From Mizuhopecten yessoensis (taxonomy: Eukaryota), in contig NW_018408899.1 of the NCBI RefSeq assembly GCF_002113885.1, positions 333,988 to 397,987 on the forward strand: DNA of 64,000 bases, given 5' to 3'. The notes under the pieces are model-generated. The model saw only the letters and a list, made by a program, of their open reading frames with translations, made no database searches and was not told where the DNA came from. A program made the position numbers and the translations under genes. Below, in pieces: positions 38,964-51,500 of the stretch. The stretch's first letter is position 1. The number at the start of each line of letters is the position of its first letter.

Positions 38964-41900
38964 AACCTATTTGTAATTGGACTATACACAACGAGTATAG
39001 TTAGTCCCGTGTTCCTTGTGGGAGCACTGACTACATGAAGACATCGACTAAAATACTTTTACGGAATATAATTAACTAAACAACAAAATCATACAAAAAG
39101 TGTATAGACAAGTGTACAATTCACTTAGACGCTTAAATATTATCACACTGGTGCCAAATATAAGAGCAGTCACAGTTATAAAACCGCAAAATGAACTCCA
39201 TTATCAATATCAATATATAAGTGTTATCAACATAGTAATAAATCAATTGATTCATTATCTTACCACGTCTTCGAATACGATTCTTACTCAATGACTTTTG
39301 TATTCATATACACATTGTAAATTTAGATTATATGTAAAGTAAGTCATGTGGTTGGTCTTTCCAGATGCAAAAGTTTAAAAGGATATACCAGGAGGAAAGA
39401 ATGAACAGGAGAACGACGTAATAAAGGCACGGGATGTGACGACCAATTGATCAGTTACAGCGTATGGAATGTAAACAGTCTATCACAACGACTATTTGCG
39501 TAGGGAAAGACTATCTACATGATTATCATAGAGTATATTTTATATCAGAATTGCAATGCAGCTTGTTTAAATATACCTTTTTCTTGAAATAGTATGTAAA
39601 TCAACGTTTAACCTTAAAGTGTACTAACGATGACGCAACATAAGGATTTGTCTTGACCACAATGTACCGAATTCCTTAGACTAGCCACCGTCTCTAGAAT
39701 ATTGAATTATTAAGAAATAAGTTTAACTCAAGAAATTTTGATCACTTGGATGTCTGATTCTAGAGACTGGTCAAATGTGGATAAGGTTTGTAATTTGACT
39801 CCGGGGCTAGGCTGCCTGTGAAACCACGAACACCCCAGTTTTTAATGGGTGAAAACCCTAACGGCTTGCCATAGCTTCATCCATGTTCAGGACATATCCA
39901 ACATGATAAAATCAGGCCCTGGTATGTGTAGCCAAGACCATACGAACACAGCTAAAGGAAACCCCTCCTGCCCAGTCCCCCCACTCCAACAACCACCTGT
40001 AAACCTAGGGTAATAAAACTTCCACTGGTCACATCCCAGCCACCAAATCAAATCAGAATGATCTCAGTAATGCTATATGGGCTTGACCATTCTGCACTCA
40101 CCTAAGTTCTAAACTAGGGGGAAATAAGCTAGTAGTAAAATGCAGCTGAGCAATTCTTCATAAAAACTTAGGGGCTGGTAGCCAGTCTACGAATTCCTGA
40201 ATATAACATATTTTGTACATGTACCATATTTTACACTGCATTTTCCCAACTCCCTTCTAACTTCCCCTGTAATGTATCCCTATTCACGTCACTATCCCTA
40301 AGCTATAGTTGTTAATGTTGGTTACCATGAAACAGATTTATATATTTGTATTATGAACTACATATGTTATGAGAATAAAACAAAATTTAAACTATCTATA
40401 TCTCCACATCTGACCATGAAACTTTCCGCAACTAGTCTCCATAGCTATCCAGTAACATGATGCGTATATGTAATGTAATACAACAGAGATGATGACAATG
40501 TTATAGTGTTCAAACGCTTAAGGTAACACATAGATTTCACGGGAGGAAGAACGACATGTGTTGATATATATTACCTCAGTTTGCTTTGCAAAATCATTAT
40601 TTTCTCTTTAAAATATGTGATGTGTTTTTAAACCTTTGATTTTATTCTCTTCTCTTGTTAGGTTTACTTTTACCAGAAAAGTGCTTAAATAAAAAAAAAT
40701 GAAACTATTTGTTATACTTTTAAACAGTCTGTAGTAAACTACATTATATGGACTCGTTTTTTGTGTGTTTTTTATGATTAAAGAATATTCATAAGATGCA
40801 CACTAGATGTGTAAAAGAGAGAGAGCGAGAGAGAGAGCGAGAGAGAGTAATATTATCTAATATATAGTTACAAGTGTATAACTGCACTAATAATATACAG
40901 TAACTTTATCAAAAGGTGTATTTTCTCATAATCAGAGCCGATTAAACTCGCTTTCGGAATTTATCGCACTCAAGCTCAATGACCGACAATTTGCTGGAAG
41001 ATGAGCAAGTTTTATCTAATTTTACAAACCGAGGCCCACCTTGGTTATGATGAAAATATCAATATTGTCAATTTCAATTGTTACCCAGAGTGTCGACCGA
41101 ATCATCAGTAAAGATAGTTAAAATTCAAACGAATACTGGTAAAGATTGTCAATGGTTCCATAGCAGTAGTCAAGTTTTTTAACCCAAGGATTTTTGTCTC
41201 TGCCTGGCATACATTTTACATGTCAGTTGAAGCGTCATATTTTCGTATCGTCATAGGTTTTCTCTATGTCCTTGTAATTACTCTTGTTGTTTCGCATTTG
41301 GTTTAGAAAAATAAATCACACAGGAGAAAAATGCCTCACTTATGCTCTCTGCACCCCTTGAATATGTCAAGAAAAGATCGAAGACATGCGAATAGCCATT
41401 TAATTGGTCGCAGGTGATAAAACCTGGCCATTCGCTAGGCTGATAGCTGCCCCTTGAAGATTTCAGCGGAGCGCAACCCGACTTCAAAACCTGTCAATTT
41501 TACCGTTACAAATTCGCGAAATTATGTTGATGTGCATCAACGGATCAAACTAGCCTTCTTGTCTCATCCACAAGATGGTGCACACTTAGCCTTCCATTTT
41601 GTCATGATATATTCCAGGGTGTAGGAAACGTAAGTGAGCGGACCCCTGGAGTATCGAGGATTGAGAAAAATACACAGATATTCCTGTCCATGGAACAGAC
41701 ACATGTTTGATTATTTTCTCACATACTTACAATAAACACATTCCAGTCGGAATAAACATCGATCTGACTCTTCCGCTAAAACCCCAAAACCCTAGGGTTG
41801 AGACGGAGGATCGTGACGTCATTGTATTATTTCCGCGATGTATGACATCATGGAAATAATACAATGACGTCACATCGACAATTTATTATTATGACGTCAT

Positions 41901-42306
41901 GGCGAGTGTCAACCGTCTTTCCCTACCCCGTGTGAAGATTAAAAGAATCTTCCCCTACCTTGAGGGTGTGACAGAGAAATCTCCAACCCGAGGGGTGATG
42001 TTTTTGGTTGTATTACCCGAGGTTCGCCCAAGTCCTTCATAATACAAGCATACCCAAGAAAAAAACATTTATTTGAATGTTAATCATTGTTACACACACA
42101 CATTTGGAGCTGTTCGTACCAGTATGCATTGAAAGCCCCGGACCCGATGAAAAATATAATTTTGGGCACCGATTTGGAAGTTTATATTTGTTCAGGACTT
42201 AGTCTTTATTGCGATGCATGTAAATTGACCTCATCTCATGTCAGCCGAACTCGAACAGCATTTATCATTTTCTTCAAGTTATCAAAATGAACTATCACAA
42301 CTAAGA

Positions 42307-42692
42307 ACAAGAGTACCGCGGGGCGGAACAATATACGCCCGTCGATTGCCATATAGTGTTATATACTTTCTTACATTGAAATAGGATTTGCATAATTCTA
42401 AGAGTGGTTAGCTGACATGCTATAAAAAATGTAGAGAAAATCTCCGGACAAAAAATCAAATAATGAAATGAACAAACGGCAATAACTTTTGGAAAATTGT
42501 CGAATCAAAATTCTTTTAAGGGAGACACAACTTCATATCATGATTATAATGTGAACCAAGTTGCAAAGAGATCAGTAGAGAAATGTAGGAGGATATTGCC
42601 GGACAAACAAAAGTTTACGCCGGACGGACGGACGGACGGACGGACGACGCCATACCATAATACTCCCGTCAAATTTGACGGGCGTGTAAAAA
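42307..42692 (-). mobile_element. Short HINE/Pearl-like element with (GGAC)n microsatellite
   Basis: Left end aacaagagtaccgcgggcggaac..tatacgcccgtc. Right end (ggac)6..ataatactcccgtcaaatttgacgggcgtgtaaaaa (subterminal IR plus hairpin). Confidence 0.75.
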
Positions 42693-43999
42693 CCATGTAT
42701 TTGAATGTTAATCATTGTTACACACACACATTTGGAGCTGTTCTTATCAGTATGACTTGTGAAACATAAACATACAAAATGTTACGTTTAAACACTTACA
42801 TTACTTGCAAATTAGTGAAATGTTTGAAGATGGCGAAACTGCCTGCACCTTTGACTTTTAGCAAAAACACAGAAAGCCTGATGACGTCACAAATGTTGCT
42901 GCGTGACGTCATTCAGGCGTGTTTACAACAATGTTTATTTATAGGCATTTCAGTCAAATGTTCTTCTGTACTGACTGGTGCTCATCGGCATTTTGATAGA
43001 TGTATATTTAGATAAATTATTAACTGAAACCCTTATTAATGTGACGAATTTGCCTGCATTAACGTTAGGCCTAGGTAATGGTTATGGTTATGATTCGTTG
43101 TCAAAATAATCCTTCTTCCATGTGGGGAAAAATTGAGGAAAATGGTGAAAATGCATGATTTTTAAAGACAAATTTCAGGGTGGAGGGGTTTCCTGAAGCC
43201 AAAAAAATAAAAACCTGGATCCGCCACTGAGGCCCTTGCATGAATTTGCGAATTGTAGATCTAAAATGTATCCATTACTCAGCTGGTATAGATTCTGCTT
43301 AATATCTTCTTCGTACTAAGGAATGGATGCACGTAACTCAAGTTTTTCATCGAAATTCATTATCTAGTTTGCGGCCCAGACTGATTCGCACTGTTCGCAC
43401 TGTTCTTCCAGTCGTTGTAAGTGTTCGACTTGTGGGACTGTCCTATATCTTGTAGTCATCGATACTTAATGGTATGCGCATATTTGTTGGTGACAAGTTT
43501 TTAAAGATAAAAGTTCACACTAACGCTTTTAGTGTGTTGATTTAAAAGTGAAAGTTCTGTACAATTAAAATTCCTGATATATAGTTGCAGACGTGTAGAG
43601 GTAGCGAATCATATTCACTAACCCGCTAACAGCATGTTTAACTGAGGATTTGCAAATGACCTTAAAATTCATTTTCTCTGTTGGCTGTTGAAGATAGCAA
43701 ATTAGTATTTTACTACCCTTCCATTGTCCGTTTCTAGCCACTATGTACACTATGGTAAGCGCCACATTCTGAAATTCAAAAAGTCTCTGAAGTTCTATTT
43801 AAATGCCTTTCGGTCATACACGTCTCATACTTCTCTATGGGTAGCTAAACCGGTTCGCTAACCTACAACTCAAACTATTGATTTGTTGAATATTCATAAC
43901 TTCCTTAATGCCGGTTATCACAAGTTCCATTAAGACCCCCAATAACTACTATTTTTGCATTTGTTAAAATTAGCGATACAATATCACTAAATTATAACG

Positions 44000-46900
44000 T
44001 ATGCGTACCGATGAGTTATTTGTGTTTCTGGAGCTAATAACAATCAGATGTGAATTTAATAGGCAGATTTCTCCAGTGATCATTCAGTCTGGATTTAAAA
44101 ATGTTCAGGCTTCCTGCAGTCACTACCAAGCTTGACAGATTGTTCCAGTCGTTCACAATTCTGTTGGAGAAGCATTTTTTTCTACAGTTTATCCTGCTCC
44201 TTGCTTTCTTCAGCTTCCACTGGTGTCCTCGAGTTGTGGTGTTATCCTCTAGTTCGAAAAACTCAGATTTCTCTACTTTATTGATTTCCTGTAGAATTTT
44301 GTACGCCTGTACCGTATCATTCTCTTTCCTTCTCTGTTGGAGCGTTGGTATTCCGTTGGTCTTTCTCTGTATGTCTTGTTTCTGAGGGCTTTTACTAATT
44401 TTGTGGCCCGACGCTGAACGTTTTTGATGGCTATGATATCCTTTTTGTAGATTGGATTCCAAACAGAACTTGCGTATTCTACATGTGGCCTGATCAATGC
44501 TTTGTAGACTGTTAGGAACGTTTCTTTGTCAAGGTGCTCAAAAGTTCGTCTGACAACGCTGATCATTTGGTTACCTTTTGGCACACATCCTGATATGTGC
44601 TTGCTGAACTTTAAGTCTTTGTCGAATGTGACTCCTAAATCCTGTTCTTTCTTCACTCGTGCTATGTTGGTCGAGCTTCCTTTGATTGTCATTTAGTATT
44701 TATTTTCCTGCTTACTATGCCCCAGATGCATTGATTTACATTTTGAGGTGTTGAATGACATCTGCCATTTATCAGACTACTTTGTGAGGTTGTTCAGATC
44801 TTGTTGAATCAAATCTTTCTCTGCCACAGAACCGGTTTTTCCAATGATCTTTGCGTCATCTGCGAATAGTTTAGAGATGGTATGAATGTGTTCCGGAATG
44901 TCGTTAATAAATATGACAAACAGGATTGGGCCGAGTACGTTCCCTTGTGGTATTCTAAGATTTTACAGCCTCACATTCAGATACCTCACCGTGTACAATC
45001 ACCCGTTGTTGTCTCCCGATAAGAAAGTCCTTTATCCACTCGTATACCTTTCCAGTAATTCCGTATCCCTCAAGCTTAGTTAATAAACGCTTGTGGGGGA
45101 CTGTATCAGGGGCCTTTTTAAAATCTAAATAAATGATATTCACTGGTTCTTTGTTTTCCACAATTTTGGTGATAATTTCAATGACTTCGAGTAGTTGAGT
45201 GGTTGTTGATCTAACCTTTCTAAATCCGTACTGGTGTTTGGTCAAAAAGTTGTTGTTTTCTAAATGTTCCATTACTCTATCCCGTGGATTTTTTTCCATG
45301 CATTTTCCAATGACTGCTGTTAAACTCACCGGACGGTAATTTTCTGGTTGTTTCCTGCTTCCCTTTTTATGCAGTGCAGTTATGTTTGCCTCTTTCCATT
45401 GGGATGGAAGTTTCCCTTCATTGAGAGATTTCTGGAAGATGATTTTGGTCGGGGTTGATATTTCGCTTCCAATTTCTTGAATGACCTTTGGGTGTAGACC
45501 GTCAGCCCCTGGGGATTTTGAAACTTTGACCTCTTCTTGTTTCTTCAGGACCAGTTTATCGTTTATTTGAACTTCTGTTAGCTCGATGTTATTGTTACGG
45601 CTTTCAAATGATGGTGTTGTTTCCAGATTTTCGCCGGTGAATACAATGCAAAAGTATCTGTTTAATAGATTGGATTTCTTCTTGTTGTCCGAAACATTGT
45701 TTCCATTTTCATCCGTCAGGTCGCCCAGTCCACTCTTTACTTTGTTTTGGTCTGTACATATTTCCAAAAATATATGTCCTTTTTTCCATTCCCAGCTACT
45801 GTTTTTTTTCAAAGTTCATTTTAGCTTCCCGGCATGCTGCAGTAGCTTTATTCCTTACCTCTTGGTATTTCTGGAAGTTTTCCTCCGATTTGACATGTTT
45901 ATATTTAACCCACAGCTTCTATTTTCTTTTAATGGCTTCCATAGATTCGATTGTAACCCAGTAATTTCTCGGTTTCCTGTTCGGATCTACTTTCCTCACT
46001 TGTACATGTTTCTTCGTCATCCTATTTACTTGTTCCTGAAAGCACGGAATTAGATTAGATTGTTATCTAAGTCCGTGCTGAAAGTGATCCCAAGCTTCCT
46101 GGGTTGATTCTGTTTCCATGATTTCCTCCCATGCCATTTCCTTCAGTTCCTTCCTCATTTCCTCATAGGTTCCCTTGTAGTATCTGTAGGTAGTTCCCTT
46201 TGTTTCCCTAATTTCTAGGTAAAATTGAAAGTCAAAAGACATTACCACATGGTCACTTTTTCCAAGCGGTGCCTTAATCTCTACTTCTTTTACCATATTT
46301 TCATCTTTTGTTAAAAACTAGATCCAGAATTGCAGCCCGTTGGTTTTGCCTAATATGTGTTTCATCAGTGACGCATTGTGAAAGGAATTCATCCAGCACT
46401 GTTTCCAGAAATTTGTAGGCGTTACTTCCAATGGCGCCGTTTGTAGCTCCTCGGAGCTGTTGGGACTTCTATATATGTTCCCTATAATTAATTTGTCCAT
46501 TCCATTTAGTCCAATCGTGCACCATACACTTTCTTGGAAATTTGATCTTGATGAGTTCCTTGCAGTGATTTCCTTATATAAATTACTACTCCTCGCCCTT
46601 TTGAATTTAAAAAAGTATCGATCGTAGTTTTCCAAGTTGAATTCGCTTTCAAGTATGTTTCCCTGGTTATTTTTCGGTAATATTTCCGTAAGCGCTATTA
46701 TGTCTGGATCTTCTGACTTGATTACCGCCTCCAATTCTTGTCTTTTATTAAGTAAGCTGTCCACATTGCTATATAAGATACGTAGTTTGTCAGGATTCTC
46801 TCTATTTACAGTTAAAATTGGTTTGTTTCCTTCCTTGTTAAAACTAGTTCCCTATGGGGTCCCCTCCTTATCGGAAGTATCGTGTTCAGAATCCATGTCA

Positions 46901-47730
46901 TCCCATCCTTGGCTTCCCCGAGATATTTCCATTTGTGAAGCTATCAAGGATTCCACCTCTGAGCCTCCGTCCTTCTCCGAATCAAGGTTTAGAGCTATAG
47001 GGGGGACAGAAGGCGATGCACCCACTTTTCCTGATGATGTGCTTGTAATTTGTGTACTTATTAGAGGTGTGCTAGTCGTTGTCGTTGCCCGTTTTTCAGC
47101 TGATCTCATCAGACGTCCTACGATTTCACTTTGATTTTTGTTGGCATCTTCCCTCTTTTTATCCTTTTGTGGTTCTTTCAAACTTTTGGCCAAAGTTACA
47201 CTTTTTTGGAAATTCCTGATGGACCCGGCCTAGGTTCCTGTTGTGTAACTGGTACTGGATTGGGTTCTTTGCCAATTTGTACTATTTTGTCTCCTCGAAT
47301 GGCTAGTTTTTTCTCCTCTTTCCTTCCTTCGCTTCATTTCTTTCCACAAGGCTTGGTGTTTTCCCCTTTGTTCTTTTGTGAAGTATCTGGTTAAGACGAC
47401 TTATTAAAACTCCCGGATGTCCTTGATCTTTTTACAGTTATCCGAAATTTTCTTCCTTTCTGATCTATTTTCGAGCGTTATTTTTGCTGGTCTGGTACTG
47501 TCCGTTGAGAGTTTTCTAATTCTAATTGTATCCTTTACTTGTGTATTCTTTATGCCTATTAACTGGAAAAGATGTATCAGATTTTCTATGTCTTCCCTTT
47601 TCCTGTCAGCTGAAGTTTCTTTGACTGATTCTGGGAGGTTGAAAGCCATGAGATTCATTTCTCGCCTGCGCTGATCATCCATTTCCCAGTTCTATTTCCT
47701 ATGACTTCATCCATATCTTCTTTTATGTTG
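44000..47730 (-). mobile_element. Degenerate CR1-clade LINE (3' part of ORF1, APE endonuclease, reverse transcriptase)
   Basis: Frameshifted fragments: ORF1 RRREMNLMAFNLPES..RPAKITL (47404-47682); APE DPDIIALTE..IYRSPNS and PLGKSDH; RT KSPGADGLHP..ENYRPVSLT..YLDFKKAPDTVPH; C-terminus RGHQWKL..FSNRIVNDWNNL..FKSRLNDHW, typical of CR1. Confidence 0.92.
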
Positions 47731-47901
47731 TTGATATATATCAGTATAATTTTAAATGCGCCCTTAAAAACATTAATTACTTTTATCATTTCTCTACATT
47801 CCATATTGCTAGGTATAACAGCCACATGTTTCAATAAATTTTATGGCTTACACAGCCTGTGATACAATGCAGGTAACAAATTAAAATGTAGGCACAGATA
47901 C

Positions 47902-48034
47902 TAGCCTCGTTTGTCAAAACACCCATTATATATTCAAGATTATATTATGGGTGTATCGACAGACAAGACTCGTCTGTCAATACACCCATAATATAATATT
48001 GAATATATTGTGGGTGTTTTGACAGACGAGGCTA
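47902..48034. mobile_element. 133-bp doubly palindromic MITE with TAG...CTA ends (Academ-like)
   Basis: tagcctcgtttgtcaaaacacccattatatattcaa pairs with ttgaatatattgtgggtgttttgacagacgaggcta. Each half is itself a hairpin. Confidence 0.7.
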
Positions 48035-48559
48035 GTACCTGTGATGTGCGTTCGCATGTGCAAGACGAAAGAGCTCTTCTCCGTAGCTGAAGAAAACAAA
48101 TCCGATTTTTCATTTTATTCAGCTTTTCACTTTGCTAAGTTTCTAAAATGAATAGGTTCAAATTAGATATTTTTCATTATAACATGTAAAAAAAAAAAAA
48201 TCTTGAAAACGGACCTTATCTCAGACTTTTTTTGGCCCTGACCCAAACAATTCGTATTTCGCGCCATCTTGCATTTCGACTACCGTTTTCAAGTAAACAC
48301 ATTTTTCAACAAACCTGACGAGCTTAAAAGTAGGTTCCCTGCTGTTTTCCAACCACATACCTTATAGTCAATCGTGAGTCAGTGCTCTGTATATGTATGG
48401 GTATGTATGAGTAAGGCTATCCTTGTGTTGTTTAAATACCGGTTGTCCTCTGAGGAGCCCAGGGACCGAAGATTGACATGCTTATGTTTCTAACATCTTA
48501 ACTTGTGTATCCTGTGTACACACCTCCCTATTCAGAGCATTGTGCAATAGAAAGCTCGT

Positions 48560-51500
48560 CAGTACAAGCATATACATGATTAAAAGCACGTAGAGTCAAT
48601 CCCATGTCCTGTCAAGAATGTATGTTCAAGTACGACAACCATTTTTCGGCCGATCAATAGCCATCACATTCATACTGCAGCTATATGCTAGTCCCACAAA
48701 AGCATGTAGTACATCAGTAGATGAAAAACCATCATGTCAGGCTTTGCAAGATCAGTACCTAGTCCTTGATTACTCCTATGTCACCAGAAGGAACACCAAT
48801 TCCTTTGACTCAAACATCAAAGTTACTGGAGAAAATGTTAATGATCTACCATCAACAGTAATTGGCATACTGTTAACATTATTGCCCTTACCAAACGAGC
48901 ATACCCAGTCATACCTTGTCGAACAAGAAAAGTGTAGATTCATCAACATGTGCTCTATTGCAACTATGTGGCGCAAAAGAAAATCACCATTACAATCACG
49001 TAAATGGCTACTTTACCTACTTATCAGTATCATAACGCAATCCAATGATATTGAACAAAATCCAGGCCCAAGCAATGACACCACAAAATATCTGTGTGGC
49101 ACATGTGATCACACAGTAACTTGGGAACACAAGGGGATAGTCTGCGAGTCTTGTGACCAATGGTTCCACAGTAATTGCCAAAACGTTGGAATCAAATCAT
49201 ATGAAGAATTAAATGACTCGATGGTAAGCTGGCACTGCCTAATATGTGACCGTCCAAATTACAGTCAAGTGGTATTCAACCCTCACGTGACAAGCACCAC
49301 GAATTCCTTTCATGTGCTGTCCAATACAAGTGAAACATTCCAAAGCCTACAAAGCCCAAACCTCGAACAATCTAGTCGTGGCTTTAACCCTGTCCATTGT
49401 TCAACCCCAATAAGGAAAGCTATATATGCTTCCAAAGTACAAAAACCACTTCGGGTGCTGAACATAAACTTCCAGTCCCTTAGATCAAAACAACACCTCC
49501 TTGGTAACGTTATAGACAGTACAGATCCTGACATAATAATTGGTACAGAAACCTGGTTGTCACCTAACATCAAGGATAACGAGGTTTTCCCTGACTCTTT
49601 CAAACTATTTCGAAAAGATAGAGTCGGTAGAGAAGGAGGTGGGGTGTTAATTGCCATAAAAAACACCCTTATAAGCCAAGAAGTACCTGAGCTCACTGTC
49701 TCTGACAAATGTGAGCTAGTTTGGACCAAGGTAGACATTATTGGCTGCAGATCACTATACATATCTGCCTTAAAACCCTAAAACAAACGATGTGGAAAGT
49801 GCTAATGGTTTTGACTCCTCTGTTAAAAGAGCAGCCAGTATAAAAGATGCAGCTCTACTCATCGGTGGTGACTTTAACCTACCCGGTTGGGAGTGGCAAT
49901 CCAGACCTCTCTAAAACCAGGCACCTTACATCAAAATATACACAAATTATTTGGAAACACTTTTGATGACACTGGCTTGACATAAATGATCTCAGAACCA
50001 ACCAGGAAAAACAATACTTTAGACCTGATTTTGACAAATTTTCCCACTTTAATACCTTGAACGAAAGTCATGCCAGGCGTTTCGGACCATGATATAGTGT
50101 TTGTGGAATTTAATATTGCCCCCAAAAAGCTAAAACAAAAACCTAGAGATATCCCACTATCCAAAAAGGCAAACTGGGATAATATCAAAACTGAACTCAA
50201 CTCCTTTGGAGACGAACTCAGACTTGACCATAAATCAGACGCAAACGAACTATGGGAAAAGTTCAGGGTCAAGTTACACGCTCCTATAAAGGCCCATATC
50301 CCCCCCAAAAAGGGCAAAAATAAAATAAAATAAACATTGGGTTAAACAAGAAACCAGACAACTCATCAGAAAGCGAGACAAGCTTTACAAAAAGGTGAAA
50401 AAGTCAAAAGACCCTCAACTCTCCTCTAAGTACAAAGACATCAAACGATTAGTACAACAACAACTGCGCCAGTCATATTGGAAATATATAGAGGGCATTG
50501 TAACACCTGATACTGGTAATCCAAATAATGTCAGCAAGAAATGTTGGACGTATATTAAACACCGGAAGACGGAAGGCACTAATATCAGCCAATTAAAGCA
50601 CGATGGGAAACTTCTATCAGACCCCATTGATAAAGCAAATGCTCTAAACAAGCAGTTCCATTCGGTATTCTCCCCTACAACTGAAATTTCTATTGCAGAA
50701 TTCCATCAGACTCTCTATGTAGATGACAACACTTATCCATCAATTGCTGACCTAAATATTTCAAACAAAGGAGTTCTGAAACTACTGCTAAATCTGAAAC
50801 CAGAAAAAGCTGCTGGCCCTGATAACTTAAAACCAAGACTACTTAAGGAACTTGCAAATGAAATAGCCCCCATTCTGACACCGATTATTACCAAATCATA
50901 CAATACTGACATTGTACCAAATGACTGGAAGACTGCTCATGTAGCCCCCTTATACAAAAAAGGACAACGCTATACTCCTGAAAACTACCGTCCCATATCA
51001 TTGATATCTGTGTGTTGCAAGCTTTTTGAACACATTATAGTAAGCCACATCATGACCCATTCAGATAATCACGACATACTCTACCCTTTGCAACATGGTT
51101 TTCGAAAATTCAGATCCTGCGCGACCCAATTATTGGAATTTGTTGAAGATATTAATCAAAATTTAGAAGCTGGCAAACAAACCGACGTATTAGTATTAGA
51201 TTTTTCGAAGGCATTTGACAAAGTCAGCCACTCACTTCTTATTCATAAATTAGAACATTACGGAGTAAGAGGGAAAACAAATTGCTGGATAAAAAACTTC
51301 CTACTTGGCCGCAAACAAGCTGTCCATTGTGAAGGGGAAATTTCATCATATATGTCTGTAGAATCTGGGGTACCACATGGGTCAGTTCTGGGACCAAGTC
51401 TCTTCCTGCACTACATAAACGACCTAGCATCACGCCTACAATCCACTGTAAGATTACATGCGGACGACACGATAGCTTATCTGACCATAGCATGTGATCA

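Noticed and set aside
39700-40392. Possible 3' end of another LINE or an unknown gene (GC-richer tract ending gagaataaaacaaaatttaaact)
   Set aside because: I found no recognisable coding motif and cannot support a call without a repeat-library search.
43300-43770. Possible minus-strand exons (ORF 43565-43765 and a neighbouring short ORF)
   Set aside because: No consistent exon chain or recognisable protein motif.
48438-48480. Hammerhead ribozyme near the LINE 5' end (ctgagga...gaag)
   Set aside because: It has GAAG instead of GAAA, and stems I-III cannot be formed convincingly.
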